This document shows positions 45,248 through 55,364 of a DNA stretch of 64,000 bases, piece by piece. The notes below the pieces were generated by a model. That model did no database searches. It was not told where the DNA came from and worked only from the letters and a program-made list of their open reading frames with translations. The stretch is from contig JAEEZR010000044.1 of the NCBI GenBank assembly GCA_016292035.1, forward strand, positions 7,760 through 71,759, in the 5' to 3' direction. The position numbers were made by a program, and so were the translations under genes. How positions within the stretch are numbered: position 1 is the stretch's first letter; the number at the start of each line of letters is the position of its first letter. This DNA comes from Bacillales bacterium. GTDB taxonomy: Bacteria; Bacillota_I; Bacilli_A; RF39; UBA660.

Positions 45248-46648
45248 TTATTTTACTAATTCAAATGTTGTTCCTTCTCTAGTATCTTTAAGAATAATTC
45301 CTTTTTCTTCTAGTTCATTTCTTATTTGATCTGCTAGTGGGAAGTCTTTATTTGCTTTAGCTTCTTTTCTTTCTTCAATCTTTTTATTTATGTAAGAAAG
45401 TAGTTCACTATCTATTTCTTTTTCTTCTTTTTTAAGTAAGTCTAAAGATAGTACAGTATCCCATGATTTAATTAGTTCTATTTTAGTTGTGTTATTTACT
45501 TGTTCATCTTTTAATAAGTCATATACTAGTGTTATACAGTTACTTGTTCCAATATCGTTACTTAAATATTCTTTAAATTGATTATCATATTTATCAAATA
45601 AGTCTTTATCTAAATCACCACTTGGAGTTAATGAAGTTGTTTTATTAAGTAATTTTAAGTATGCTGCTTCATTTTGATCAAGTGTTTCATAAGTAAAGTT
45701 AACTTGTTTATGATAATAAGAAGATAATATAAAGTATCTATAAGATAATGGATTATATCCTTCTTCTTTTAGTGTTTTAATTGTAGTTACGTGACCTAAA
45801 CTTTTACTCATCTTAATATTGTCTGTTAAAAGCCATGATAGATGTACCCAGTAATTGCACCATTTGTGTCCTAGGTAAGCTTCTGACTGCGCAATTTCGT
45901 TAGTGTGATGAGGAAATACTGCATCTTCTGCTCCAAAGTGAATATCTAAGTGTTCACCTAAATGTTTGATAGCAATTCCAGAGCATTCTATATGCCATCC
46001 TGGGAATCCTCTTCCAAATGGGCTATCCCACTGTAGTTCTTGATTACCAAATTTAGAATTAGTAAACCAAAGAACGAAGTCTGCAGGATTTCTTTTATTT
46101 TTATCTTCTTCTACATCGTCTCTACTAGCTAGTATTAATTCATCTTCTTTTCTTCCTGATAATTCATAGTAGTTAGGGAATTTTGATGTATCATAATAGA
46201 TATTTCCATTACTTTCATAAGCATATCCTGTTTCTAATAGCTTAGTTATTATTTTAATATACATATCAATTTCTGTAGTAGCTGGAACAACTGTATCAGG
46301 CCATTTGATGTTTACTAGTGCACAGTTTTCCATGAAGTCATCAGTATAAAACTTAGCTATTTCTTTAGATGATTTATGCTCTCTTTCCATAGCAATAACC
46401 ATTTTATCTTCGCCTTCATCTGCATCACTTTTAAGGTGACCTACATCAGTTATGTTCATAACTCTATTTACTTTATATCCAAGATATTTGAAAGCTTTTT
46501 CAAAAACATCTTCTGTTATATATGTACGCATATTACCTAAATGTTGATAGTGATATACTGTGGGACCACATGTATACATTTTTATTACTCCTTCTTCATT
46601 TGGAATAAACTCTTCTATCTTTTTAGTTAATGTGTTAAAAAATCTCAT
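45248..46648 (-). CDS. cysS: Cysteine-tRNA ligase
   Basis: CGPTVY..HLGN, DFVLW, GFPGWHIECS, FPHHTNE, KMSKS. Confidence 0.97.
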   Translation of the reverse strand: MRFFNTLTKKIEEFIPNEEGVIKMYTCGPTVYHYQHLGNMRTYITEDVFEKAFKYLGYKVNRVMNITDVGHLKSDADEGEDKMVIAMEREHKSSKEIAKFYTDDFMENCALVNIKWPDTVVPATTEIDMYIKIITKLLETGYAYESNGNIYYDTSKFPNYYELSGRKEDELILASRDDVEEDKNKRNPADFVLWFTNSKFGNQELQWDSPFGRGFPGWHIECSGIAIKHLGEHLDIHFGAEDAVFPHHTNEIAQSEAYLGHKWCNYWVHLSWLLTDNIKMSKSLGHVTTIKTLKEEGYNPLSYRYFILSSYYHKQVNFTYETLDQNEAAYLKLLNKTTSLTPSGDLDKDLFDKYDNQFKEYLSNDIGTSNCITLVYDLLKDEQVNNTTKIELIKSWDTVLSLDLLKKEEKEIDSELLSYINKKIEERKEAKANKDFPLADQIRNELEEKGIILKDTREGTTFELVK

Positions 46649-46749
46649 ATTTTCACTTCCTTTTTTTAATTTATTTAATTATATCACGAGTTATTTATTT
46701 TTAGTATAAAAAGTTAATATGTGATAAAATATGTTTACGAGGGATACTT

Positions 46750-47583
46750 ATGAAGATAAGAAAAGGTAATATTAATCTATATGATACTTTGTTTAGTGGA
46801 CAATGTTTTAGGATGAATTTAGAAGAAGATAATTCTATTACAGTTGTTATTAAAGATAGGGTTATTAACATAAAAGAAGAAGATGACTTCTTAGTTATTG
46901 ACAGTAGTAATATGGATAATATTGAAAACATTGTTAGAGAGTATTTAGATTTAGATAGAGACTATGATTTAATTAATGAAGAATTATCTAAGAAGAGTAT
47001 TCTTATTAAAAATAATTTAAAACTAATAGATGGATATAAAATATTAAAACAAGATCCTTTTGAAATGTATATAAGTTATATTATAAGTCAAAATAATGAA
47101 GTAGAGAGAATATCTAATAGCATTGATATTATTTGTAAGAAGTTTGGAAAGAAAGTTACTTTTAGAAATAAAGATTATTATTTATTTCCTACATATGAAG
47201 AAATAAAAGATATTACTTATGATGATTTAAAAGAAGCTAAAGTAGGCTTTAGAGATGAATATATCATTAATGCATTAAATGCTATTAAACAAGATAAATG
47301 TTTCTTAGAAGATATTAATAATATGTCTAGTGAGGACGCTATTAATAAACTATGTTCTATAAAGGGAATAGGACTTAAAGTAGCTAGCTGTATACTTTTA
47401 TTTGGGTATTCCAAAATGGATGTATATCCAATAGATACATGGGTTAAAAAGTTTGCCATAGATAATTATAAAACTAAGGATAACATTAATGTTATTAAGA
47501 ATATCATGAAAGAAGAGTTTGGTAGTTATAGCGCTCTTGCTATTCAATATTTTTTTCATATTAATAGAAATAAAAAGAGCTAA
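46750..47583 (+). CDS. ogg: 8-oxoguanine DNA glycosylase (HhH-GPD)
   Basis: TLFSGQCFR, SQNN...I, GFR.EYI, LCSIKGIGLKVASC, YPIDTW. Confidence 0.88.
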   Translation: MKIRKGNINLYDTLFSGQCFRMNLEEDNSITVVIKDRVINIKEEDDFLVIDSSNMDNIENIVREYLDLDRDYDLINEELSKKSILIKNNLKLIDGYKILKQDPFEMYISYIISQNNEVERISNSIDIICKKFGKKVTFRNKDYYLFPTYEEIKDITYDDLKEAKVGFRDEYIINALNAIKQDKCFLEDINNMSSEDAINKLCSIKGIGLKVASCILLFGYSKMDVYPIDTWVKKFAIDNYKTKDNINVIKNIMKEEFGSYSALAIQYFFHINRNKKS

Positions 47584-48650
47584 GCAGTTTTGCTTGGCTC
47601 TTTTTGTAATGCCTCGTCTATGTATCTTTTTATGTTTGATTTAATAGTAGATAAGAAGTGTTCTCCTGCTAATAAATCCATGTCTGAATTTACTTCCTCA
47701 TGGGGGCTATTTATTAAGTGCAATACTTGATAAATATACATTGAATCATTATTAAACATTTCTGCAATTCTTTCTTTAAGTTCACTGTCTTGCAGTATGG
47801 TGTAGTATATAGTTGGTGCTAGGCATAGTCCAATAAAGTATTGCAGTGTACTAGCAGTATTTCTTCTACTATATCTTCTTAATCTTAAAAGTCTTTCATC
47901 ATATTCATCATCACTTTTGTATAGAGTTTTATAGTTTTCTCTACTTATTTTCCCTAATTTGAGTTTCATCTCCATGAAACGAAATACTTTGATTAGATAA
48001 TCTGCGGCTATTAGTAAATCACTTAGTCTTTCTTTTCTCATTATATCTATTTCTTCTTTATGAGAATTTTCATAGTATTTAAAGAATAATAATTCCATCG
48101 TTATTGCTTTTGTTTCAATTAGCATATTATGAAGAGGGTAATGATAGTCGTGACCATCTTTATCCATATAATGCGCTAATTCGTGAGCTAATCTACTAGA
48201 ATCAAAAAAGTATCCTGTGTTAGAAAGCACTATTTTATCATTTGAGTGAGACTTTGAACTTTCACAGTGTGCTATTAAATCATTTAAGTCGGCTTCATTT
48301 TCTTTATTGTCAGCATAAATGTCACCTACTAGTTCAATTACTCCACTATTTAATTTATCGTTTATTTGTAGGTCTATATTTAAACTTTTATAGAAATCAT
48401 CTGTAAATCTCATTCTTTCTTCAATTGTATATATTCTTTGGCCTTTTAGTTTATTAAAATTATATTCGTTTAAATCAAAACCAATATAATCGTTCATACC
48501 ATCTAAAACATAAGTTGTAAATAAATATATGTAGTCTAATATTTCATATATATTATCATTATCACCCAAAGTCTTGGCTTCTTCTTCGGCTATTTCGTTT
48601 ATTATTTCTTCGAAAGCTTTTAATTCTTCTTCACTCATATTATTTTTCAT
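47580..48650 (-). CDS. Putative zinc metallopeptidase (HExxH, M3-like)
   Basis: AHELAHY followed ~14 residues later by LIETKAITMELL. TAATG-coupled to the Crp/Fnr gene. Confidence 0.5.
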   Translation of the reverse strand: MKNNMSEEELKAFEEIINEIAEEEAKTLGDNDNIYEILDYIYLFTTYVLDGMNDYIGFDLNEYNFNKLKGQRIYTIEERMRFTDDFYKSLNIDLQINDKLNSGVIELVGDIYADNKENEADLNDLIAHCESSKSHSNDKIVLSNTGYFFDSSRLAHELAHYMDKDGHDYHYPLHNMLIETKAITMELLFFKYYENSHKEEIDIMRKERLSDLLIAADYLIKVFRFMEMKLKLGKISRENYKTLYKSDDEYDERLLRLRRYSRRNTASTLQYFIGLCLAPTIYYTILQDSELKERIAEMFNNDSMYIYQVLHLINSPHEEVNSDMDLLAGEHFLSTIKSNIKRYIDEALQKEPSKTA

Positions 48651-49285
48651 TAACCTACATAGTAATGTAGTTTTATTTTCCTTCCACTTGTTTCTATTAT
48701 ACCTTCTTCTTTTAAATTGTTCAATTCTCTTGTCATAGCGCTTCTATTAACACCTATATAATTTGCTAGATCAGAGTAACTATAAGGAAGATATATGGTC
48801 TTGATAGTACCACCATTTGATAAAATATTGAAGTAAGAAAGTAGCTTATCTCTTATAGTTTTATTAGTTAATACTTCTATTCTTTCATTGTTCTTTTTTA
48901 TTTTATCTTGATATATATTAAGTATGTTTTTTATAAATTGTGAATAGTAGTTAGATTTATTATCTAGCGATAATATTCTTCCTATATCTAGAATAATAAT
49001 TGTTGTTTCTTCTTTAGTTATTACATCATATTCTGGATTAGATATATTTGATATAGTGCTTCCGAACACCTGATTATCGGTGATTTCTTCTACTACTGCG
49101 AAGTTTCCTTTTTCATCATTTTTTATTATATTTATTAATCCGTTAAGGACTATACAAAGACTATCAGAGTCCTTTACACTTACTGAAATATTTTTATTTT
49201 TAGGAAATTTTACTTGGTGAGCGTTCAAAATCTCCATAATTTTGGACACTTCTTTGAATGAAATATTTTCAAAAATATTGTTCAT
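48650..49285 (-). CDS. Crp/Fnr family transcriptional regulator
   Basis: cNMP-fold beta-barrel (VFG) and C-terminal IRDKLL.Y...DLANYIGVNRSAMTREL wHTH. Start moved to ATG 49285 after GAAGGTG. Confidence 0.9.
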   Translation of the reverse strand: MNNIFENISFKEVSKIMEILNAHQVKFPKNKNISVSVKDSDSLCIVLNGLINIIKNDEKGNFAVVEEITDNQVFGSTISNISNPEYDVITKEETTIIILDIGRILSLDNKSNYYSQFIKNILNIYQDKIKKNNERIEVLTNKTIRDKLLSYFNILSNGGTIKTIYLPYSYSDLANYIGVNRSAMTRELNNLKEEGIIETSGRKIKLHYYVG

Positions 49286-49323
49286 AAAATCACCTTCTAA
49301 AAATATTTTATCAAAATGTGTAA

Positions 49324-49343
49324 ATTGTTGCAACTGCAACAAT
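49324..49343. promoter_or_regulatory. Perfect inverted repeat; candidate Crp/Fnr-type operator
   Basis: ATTGTTGCA-AC-TGCAACAAT in the divergent crp/nrdD spacer. Confidence 0.55.
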
Positions 49344-49393
49344 ACATATTTTTTTGATGTGATATGATTGTTGTAGAGTAGGAGAGGTAAAAC

Positions 49394-51583
49394 ATGAAAG
49401 TAATTAAACGTGATGGACACATGGTGGATTGGTGTCCAGAAAAGATTGAAGAAGCCGTAACGAAGGCTAATAAGGAGGTTGAGGACGAAGAACAAGCTAG
49501 TAATGCTCAGATTAAAAACATTATCAAGTATATTGAAAAACTTGGTAAGAAGAGAATACTAGTTGAAGACATCCAAGATATCATCGAGATGAAACTTATG
49601 TCTATGGGTAAATATGAACTTGCTAAAAAATATATTACTTATAGATATACAAGAGAGTTAGTAAGAAGAAGTAATACTACAGATAAGGCTATTAAGGAAC
49701 TTATTGATGGAGAAAACGAATATTGGAATACTGAAAACTCTAATAAAAATGCTAGAGTAGTCACTACTCAAAGAGACTACTTAGCAGGTATTACATCAAC
49801 AGATATTACTAAGAGATTCTTACTTCCAGAAGATATAGTTGAAGCTCATGAAGCTGGTATTATCCACTTCCATGATGCAGACTATTTTGCACAAAATGCA
49901 CTTCACAACTGTGATTTAATTAACCTAGAAGATATGCTTCAAAATGGTACTAATTTAAATGGTGTAATGATTGAAAAACCACATAAATTTTTAACTGCTA
50001 TGACTATTGCAACTCAAATTATTACTGCAGTTACATCTAGTCAATATGGTGGTGCTACTATTTCACTTACACATTTAGCGCCTTTTGTTAGAGATAGTTA
50101 TAAAAGATATTTAGATAAATATAAGAAACGTAAATGTTCTAAAGAAGACTGTGAAAAGTTTGCTAAAGAAGATTTACATAAAGAGATAGTAGATGGAGTT
50201 CAAACTTTCCAATATCAAATTAACTCTATGACTACTACTAATGGGCAAGCTCCATTCCTTTCAGTTGCTATGTATTTAGGTGAAACTAAGGAATATAAAG
50301 AAGAACTTGCTATGATTATAGAAGAATTCTTAAAACAAAGAATACAAGGAATGAAGAATGAAAAAGGTGTTTATATAACTCCTGCTTTCCCTAAACTTCT
50401 ATATGTACTTGAAGAAGATAACATTCATAAGAAGAGTAAATATTATTATTTAACTAAACTTGCAGCAGAATGTACTGCTAAAAGAATGGTTCCTGATTAT
50501 ATCAGTGAAAAGATCATGCTCGAATGTAAGATTAATGAAAAAGGAGAAGGAGACTGCTATCCATGTATGGGATGCAGAAGTTTCCTAACTCCTGATAGAA
50601 CTATTAGTCTTGGTAATATTGCTAAAGCTAAGAACTATGTTCCTGGTAAAGGTAAATACTATGGTAGATTTAACCAAGGTGTTGTTACTATTAACTTAGT
50701 AGACGTTGCTTTAACTGCTGATAAAGATATGGATTTATTCTGGCAAGTATTTGAAGAAAGACTAGAACTATGTCATAGAGCACTTCAACTTAGACATAAA
50801 CGTTTATCTAAAGCTACTAGCGATGTTGCTCCAATTTTATGGCAACATGGTGCTCTTGCTAGATTAGATAAAGGTGAAAGTATTCATGAACTTTTACATA
50901 ACGGATATTCAACAATAAGCCTTGGTTATGCTGGACTATATGAATGTGTTAAATTTATGACAGGACACTCTCATACTGATAATGGTAAAGGTAAAGAGTT
51001 TGCTCTTGAAGTTATGAAAAAGATGAATGATAAGTGTAAGGAATGGAAGGCTGCTGAGAATATAGACTACTCAGTATACGGTACACCTATTGAATCTACT
51101 ACTTATAAATTTGCTAAAGCACTTAAAGAAAGATTTGGTGTTGTTAAAGGAATTACTGATAGAGATTATATTACTAACTCATATCATGTTCCTGTATTTG
51201 AAGAGATTGATGCATTTACTAAGTTAAAACTTGAAAGTGAATTTCAAAAACTTTCTCCAGGTGGCGCTATTAGTTATATAGAAACACCTAATTTAACTAA
51301 TAACCTAGATGTTGTTCTTGAAATAATTGATTTCATCTATAACAATATCATGTATGCTGAACTTAATACTAAGAGTGATTACTGCCAAGCATGTGGATAT
51401 GATGGAGAAATACTACTAGATGATAATCTAGAGTGGTATTGCCCTAACTGTGGTAACAGAGATCATGATAAATTAAATGTTGCTAGAAGAACTTGCGGAT
51501 ATATTGGTACTAACTTCTGGAATAAAGGAAGAACACAAGAAATAAAAGAAAGAGTAATACATATAGATAATAAGGATGCGTAA
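49394..51583 (+). CDS. nrdD: Anaerobic (class III) ribonucleoside-triphosphate reductase with ATP cone
   Basis: MKVIKRDG ATP cone, GIIHFHD, PCMGCRSFL, RFNQGVVTINL, CQAC/CPNC zinc site, RRTCGYIG glycyl-radical loop. Confidence 0.97.
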   Translation: MKVIKRDGHMVDWCPEKIEEAVTKANKEVEDEEQASNAQIKNIIKYIEKLGKKRILVEDIQDIIEMKLMSMGKYELAKKYITYRYTRELVRRSNTTDKAIKELIDGENEYWNTENSNKNARVVTTQRDYLAGITSTDITKRFLLPEDIVEAHEAGIIHFHDADYFAQNALHNCDLINLEDMLQNGTNLNGVMIEKPHKFLTAMTIATQIITAVTSSQYGGATISLTHLAPFVRDSYKRYLDKYKKRKCSKEDCEKFAKEDLHKEIVDGVQTFQYQINSMTTTNGQAPFLSVAMYLGETKEYKEELAMIIEEFLKQRIQGMKNEKGVYITPAFPKLLYVLEEDNIHKKSKYYYLTKLAAECTAKRMVPDYISEKIMLECKINEKGEGDCYPCMGCRSFLTPDRTISLGNIAKAKNYVPGKGKYYGRFNQGVVTINLVDVALTADKDMDLFWQVFEERLELCHRALQLRHKRLSKATSDVAPILWQHGALARLDKGESIHELLHNGYSTISLGYAGLYECVKFMTGHSHTDNGKGKEFALEVMKKMNDKCKEWKAAENIDYSVYGTPIESTTYKFAKALKERFGVVKGITDRDYITNSYHVPVFEEIDAFTKLKLESEFQKLSPGGAISYIETPNLTNNLDVVLEIIDFIYNNIMYAELNTKSDYCQACGYDGEILLDDNLEWYCPNCGNRDHDKLNVARRTCGYIGTNFWNKGRTQEIKERVIHIDNKDA

Positions 51584-51586
51584 GTT

Positions 51587-52081
51587 ATGAGATACAACAA
51601 GATTAGAAAGATGGACATATCAAATGGTCCGGGTGTTAGGGTTTCAATTTTCATGCAAGGATGTGCTTTCCACTGCGAAAACTGTTTTAACCCTGATACA
51701 TGGGACTTTAATGGTGGAGAAGAGTTCACTGATGAAACAATTGAAAAAGTATTAGATTTATGTTCACAGGAACATATAGTAGGTTTATCTATTTTAGGTG
51801 GAGAACCTATGCATCCTAAGAACATAGAAGGTACTACACGTCTTGCTAAGGCTTTTAAAGAAAGATTTCCTAAGAAAAGTCTTTGGGCTTGGAGTGGATT
51901 TCTATTTGATAGAGATTTAAAAGATAAAGAAGTTATGAAGTACTTAGATGTACTAGTAGACGGACAATATGTTGATGCTCTTCATGATTTTAGACTTGCT
52001 TGGAGAGGAAGTTCTAATCAAAGAGTTATTGATGTTCAAAAATCATTAAAGAAAAAAGATATAGTTTTATTTGAGGAATAG
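51587..52081 (+). CDS. nrdG: Class III RNR activating enzyme
   Basis: NGPGVRVSIF..GC..HC..CFN, GLSILGGEP, GSSNQRVI. Confidence 0.96.
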   Translation: MRYNKIRKMDISNGPGVRVSIFMQGCAFHCENCFNPDTWDFNGGEEFTDETIEKVLDLCSQEHIVGLSILGGEPMHPKNIEGTTRLAKAFKERFPKKSLWAWSGFLFDRDLKDKEVMKYLDVLVDGQYVDALHDFRLAWRGSSNQRVIDVQKSLKKKDIVLFEE

Positions 52082-52089
52082 GAGACAAA

Positions 52090-52551
52090 ATGGAAAGATT
52101 AAGAGGATTTGAAGTAGCAAAAGGATGGGAAGACAAAGATATACACATTCCTATTCGTAAAACAAAACATGCTGCTGGATACGATGTAGAAGCAGCAGAA
52201 GATACTGTAGTTCCAGTATTTAAACAAGGTGATAAACCGACATTAATTCACACAGGATTAAAGGCATATTGCCAAGATGATGAGTGGTATATGCTTGCTA
52301 ATAGAAGTTCTAATCCTGGTAAAAAGAAATTGGTTTTAGCAAATGGTATTGGAATTATTGATGCAGACTATTATGGTAATCCAGATAACGATGGTGAATT
52401 CATGTATGCATATTATAATTTTGGAACTGAACCTTTAGAAATCAAAAAAGGTGAAGTAATAGGACAAGTTGTATTCATGAAATACCTTATAACTGATGAT
52501 GATAGCGCTACTGGTGAAAGAATGGGTGGCTTTGGATCTACAAGCAAATAA
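52090..52551 (+). CDS. dut: Trimeric dUTP diphosphatase
   Basis: AAGYD, RSS, GIIDADY, GQ.VF, RMGGFGST motifs. Confidence 0.93.
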   Translation: MERLRGFEVAKGWEDKDIHIPIRKTKHAAGYDVEAAEDTVVPVFKQGDKPTLIHTGLKAYCQDDEWYMLANRSSNPGKKKLVLANGIGIIDADYYGNPDNDGEFMYAYYNFGTEPLEIKKGEVIGQVVFMKYLITDDDSATGERMGGFGSTSK

Positions 52552-52576
52552 AAAAGTTAGCAATTGCTAACTTTTT

Positions 52577-53764
52577 TTATTGATTGTTTATTTCTTGATT
52601 ATTAACTTCTTGTGTATTTATTTCTTGGTTGCTTACTTCTTGGTTGTTTACTTCTTGGTTGTTTTCACTTGGAACACTTATATTATTAAATGAGATTCTT
52701 GGATCTGCATTTATGTCTTCGTTAATAGGTGACATTTCTGGTTCCTTATTAACTATAGGTTGTTCCATTGATGGTGTTATGAATTCTATTTCTGGTTTTG
52801 TTTCTGGTTCTGTAGAACTCATTGCAGGTTCTGGTATTGAATCACTTTTGATTAATACTGGCTCAGAAGATACGGCATTTTCATCTACTGGAGCTGCCAT
52901 TGGTACTGATGTTTTTCTTTTTCTATTTATAATAGCTATTACTATTATTATTAGTACTAATAGTCCTGCGCCTAATACTATATAAATATTAGTCATATTA
53001 TATAGTTCAAATTTAAATTCAATTGTATTTTCACCATCTGAAATTAAATCCCAACTTAGTGTTTTGTTTTCATCTTTTACTGATGTAGCATTATTGCTTA
53101 GAGCACTATATGGAAGAGTTACATTGAACTTTAAGTCCATAGCGCTTGATAAACCAGATAAATCAAAATCTGAATCACTTTCATCATCTTCTGTTTCATT
53201 TGGATTTGAAGTGATATCTAAATCATCTTCTCCAGTTGTTAATAGTGGTGCTTCATTTTCATTTGCTGTTATTACCATTGGCACTTCTTCATCGTCTGCT
53301 AGTGCTAGTAAGTCACTATTACTATTATAAGATGTTAGATTAGAATCATTTGAGTCAAAAGTAAATTTAGCAGTATAAGTATTCTTTAAGAATGTTTTTT
53401 CTACTTTGAACATCTTATTATCTGTTGTTTCGCTATTCATCATTCCAGATAAATCAAATACTGATTCTTCTTCAGAACTATAATTATCTATGTTACTGTA
53501 TTTCTTTGAAATAGTGTAACCTTTCATTTTTCCGTCTGAATATTCTTCAAATTTGAATCCTGCTTTTTCAAGTTTTTCTTTTTGCTCAGCATCTACTGCA
53601 TTTTTGTCACCAAAGTAAGTAGTATCAACGGCATATATTATTTTAAATTCCATTGATTTATCTTTCTTGATATCCATATTTGCATTGTATTTAACACATC
53701 CAGTTAATAGTAATGACGCTGTTAAAAGCAATAATATAGTTTTTAATTTTTTCAAATTTCGCAC
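52577..53764 (-). CDS. LppM/DUF3153-like lipoprotein with C-terminal TM and acidic low-complexity tail
   Basis: Lipobox LTGC, then V......I.KD.S, F.VTLP...SNNA...LSW, TM, and a Pro/Glu/Asn-rich tail. Confidence 0.65.
   Translation of the reverse strand: MRNLKKLKTILLLLTASLLLTGCVKYNANMDIKKDKSMEFKIIYAVDTTYFGDKNAVDAEQKEKLEKAGFKFEEYSDGKMKGYTISKKYSNIDNYSSEEESVFDLSGMMNSETTDNKMFKVEKTFLKNTYTAKFTFDSNDSNLTSYNSNSDLLALADDEEVPMVITANENEAPLLTTGEDDLDITSNPNETEDDESDSDFDLSGLSSAMDLKFNVTLPYSALSNNATSVKDENKTLSWDLISDGENTIEFKFELYNMTNIYIVLGAGLLVLIIIVIAIINRKRKTSVPMAAPVDENAVSSEPVLIKSDSIPEPAMSSTEPETKPEIEFITPSMEQPIVNKEPEMSPINEDINADPRISFNNISVPSENNQEVNNQEVSNQEINTQEVNNQEINNQ
52580..52665 (-). repeat. Degenerate 15-bp tandem repeat (NNQEV/NQEI pentapeptide, about 6 copies)
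   Basis: C-terminus reads NNQEVNNQEVSNQEINTQEVNNQEINNQ. Confidence 0.85.
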
Positions 53765-53852
53765 TCCTTTCGTATTAATTATATAATAGTTATTAACAAA
53801 AGTATTAATAAAATCTATTACTTTACGTAAAAAAGATAGTTTTCACTATCTT

Positions 53853-55364
53853 TTATAAGCTACGATTGTTAGAATATTTTGCATTTAGAATATCAGCAAA
53901 GTATCTTGTCATATCATTATCAAGCGGTATTGTCCAGCTTAATTCTTTTGCTAGTTTGTCTATTAACTGATCTCTGTAAGTAATTATTTCTTCTTTTGTA
54001 TAATGCGCTTTTAAGTCTACACGATATTTATGACCATGTTCTGAATCATTAGTTATGAATCCAAAGTTGTTACTATGTATGATTTGATTTATAGCAACTG
54101 TTAACTGAGTTTTATCATATTTACGTAGTGTAGCAATGCAAGCTTCAAGGAAGTATTCGCATTTTTGATCTACAGTAACATTTGAATTAGCCTGCGCTTC
54201 CACTTTCTGCTTTTCTATTAGTTCTTCTATATACTTTGTAGCAACAAATATGTCTTTTGGTAAAACTTGGCTCATAAATAAGCTTCTATAATTATTATCT
54301 CTTGTTATAGTTTCAACTTTTCCATTAGCAAATCCATTTAGTTGAAGTGATATTTGCTCAAGTGACATTTTTTTATTTTGAAGGCAATAATTAACATAAC
54401 TATTAATTAATTCCATTGCATTGCTTCTTTGCTCATTGTATTCCATTATTTGTTTATTTCTTATTGAATCATTATAGTATTTTACCATTGAGAGTGTTGT
54501 TCCAAGGTCATTACACTTTGCATAGAATTGTTCAAATCCTTGTAAATCGAAATTAGGGGATAATTGTTTTAGTAGAAGAGAGTATACTTGTTCATAGTTT
54601 AGCATTAAGTCTCCTTTTGTACCAAAACGTTCTTCTCTTTCTTCAAATCCACTTATATCTATTATGTGGTCTATTCTATTAAGATTATTAAATGTTTCTT
54701 CATATGTGTATGCTACAAAGTTTGCAAATTTTTGAATATTAACATCATCAAGTTCGTTTCTTTGTCTTTTTATTTCTAGATATTCTTTTATTAATTGAGA
54801 TGTTTCTTTGTTGAAGCTTAGATATTTATCATATGCTACTGCAACTACACCTTGTCTCATTAAGAAAGGGTTTGTTCTTCTAGCATATCTTGTTATTTGT
54901 GGGTTACTATTAATAAAGTCAATTACTTTTTTAGCATCTTCCATACGTGGAAGTCTTATTACTACATCATCTGATCTTTCTCTATTTGCTACTTTAGAGT
55001 AAGTAGGCATGTTGTTTTGTGATATGAAGTCAAATATGGTATTAACACATTCGTATATGTGATCAGAATCTATTGATAAATATAATTTTACATCGGTTGC
55101 TTTGTCTATTACTGTGTCATTTCTAAATTGTAAAAAACTAGGTTGTCTACTATCTCTATATACACTTATATTTGGATTATTCATGAATCTTGTTTGCCAG
55201 TTATCAAAGTTACGTTCTACTTCTTTTATTTTATCACTTTGTTCGTAACCGTAGTTCATTAGAACATAATAAATTGTGTCTAGTTCTATTTGTAACTCTG
55301 GATTTTGCTTATATAACTGCGCTAGCCATTTTAGTATTGCATCTGCTTCTTCTAATCTATTCAT
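53853..55364 (-). CDS. Hypothetical protein (503 aa)
   Basis: Long ORF coupled to the nucleoside hydrolase (8-nt overlap). N-terminal KLYLS...SKV...R.D.VVIR motif. Confidence 0.7.
   Translation of the reverse strand: MNRLEEADAILKWLAQLYKQNPELQIELDTIYYVLMNYGYEQSDKIKEVERNFDNWQTRFMNNPNISVYRDSRQPSFLQFRNDTVIDKATDVKLYLSIDSDHIYECVNTIFDFISQNNMPTYSKVANRERSDDVVIRLPRMEDAKKVIDFINSNPQITRYARRTNPFLMRQGVVAVAYDKYLSFNKETSQLIKEYLEIKRQRNELDDVNIQKFANFVAYTYEETFNNLNRIDHIIDISGFEEREERFGTKGDLMLNYEQVYSLLLKQLSPNFDLQGFEQFYAKCNDLGTTLSMVKYYNDSIRNKQIMEYNEQRSNAMELINSYVNYCLQNKKMSLEQISLQLNGFANGKVETITRDNNYRSLFMSQVLPKDIFVATKYIEELIEKQKVEAQANSNVTVDQKCEYFLEACIATLRKYDKTQLTVAINQIIHSNNFGFITNDSEHGHKYRVDLKAHYTKEEIITYRDQLIDKLAKELSWTIPLDNDMTRYFADILNAKYSNNRSL

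Noticed and set aside
49344-49393. NrdR boxes upstream of nrdD
   Set aside because: There are only loose AT-rich matches to acaCwAtATaTwGtg, with no convincing tandem pair.
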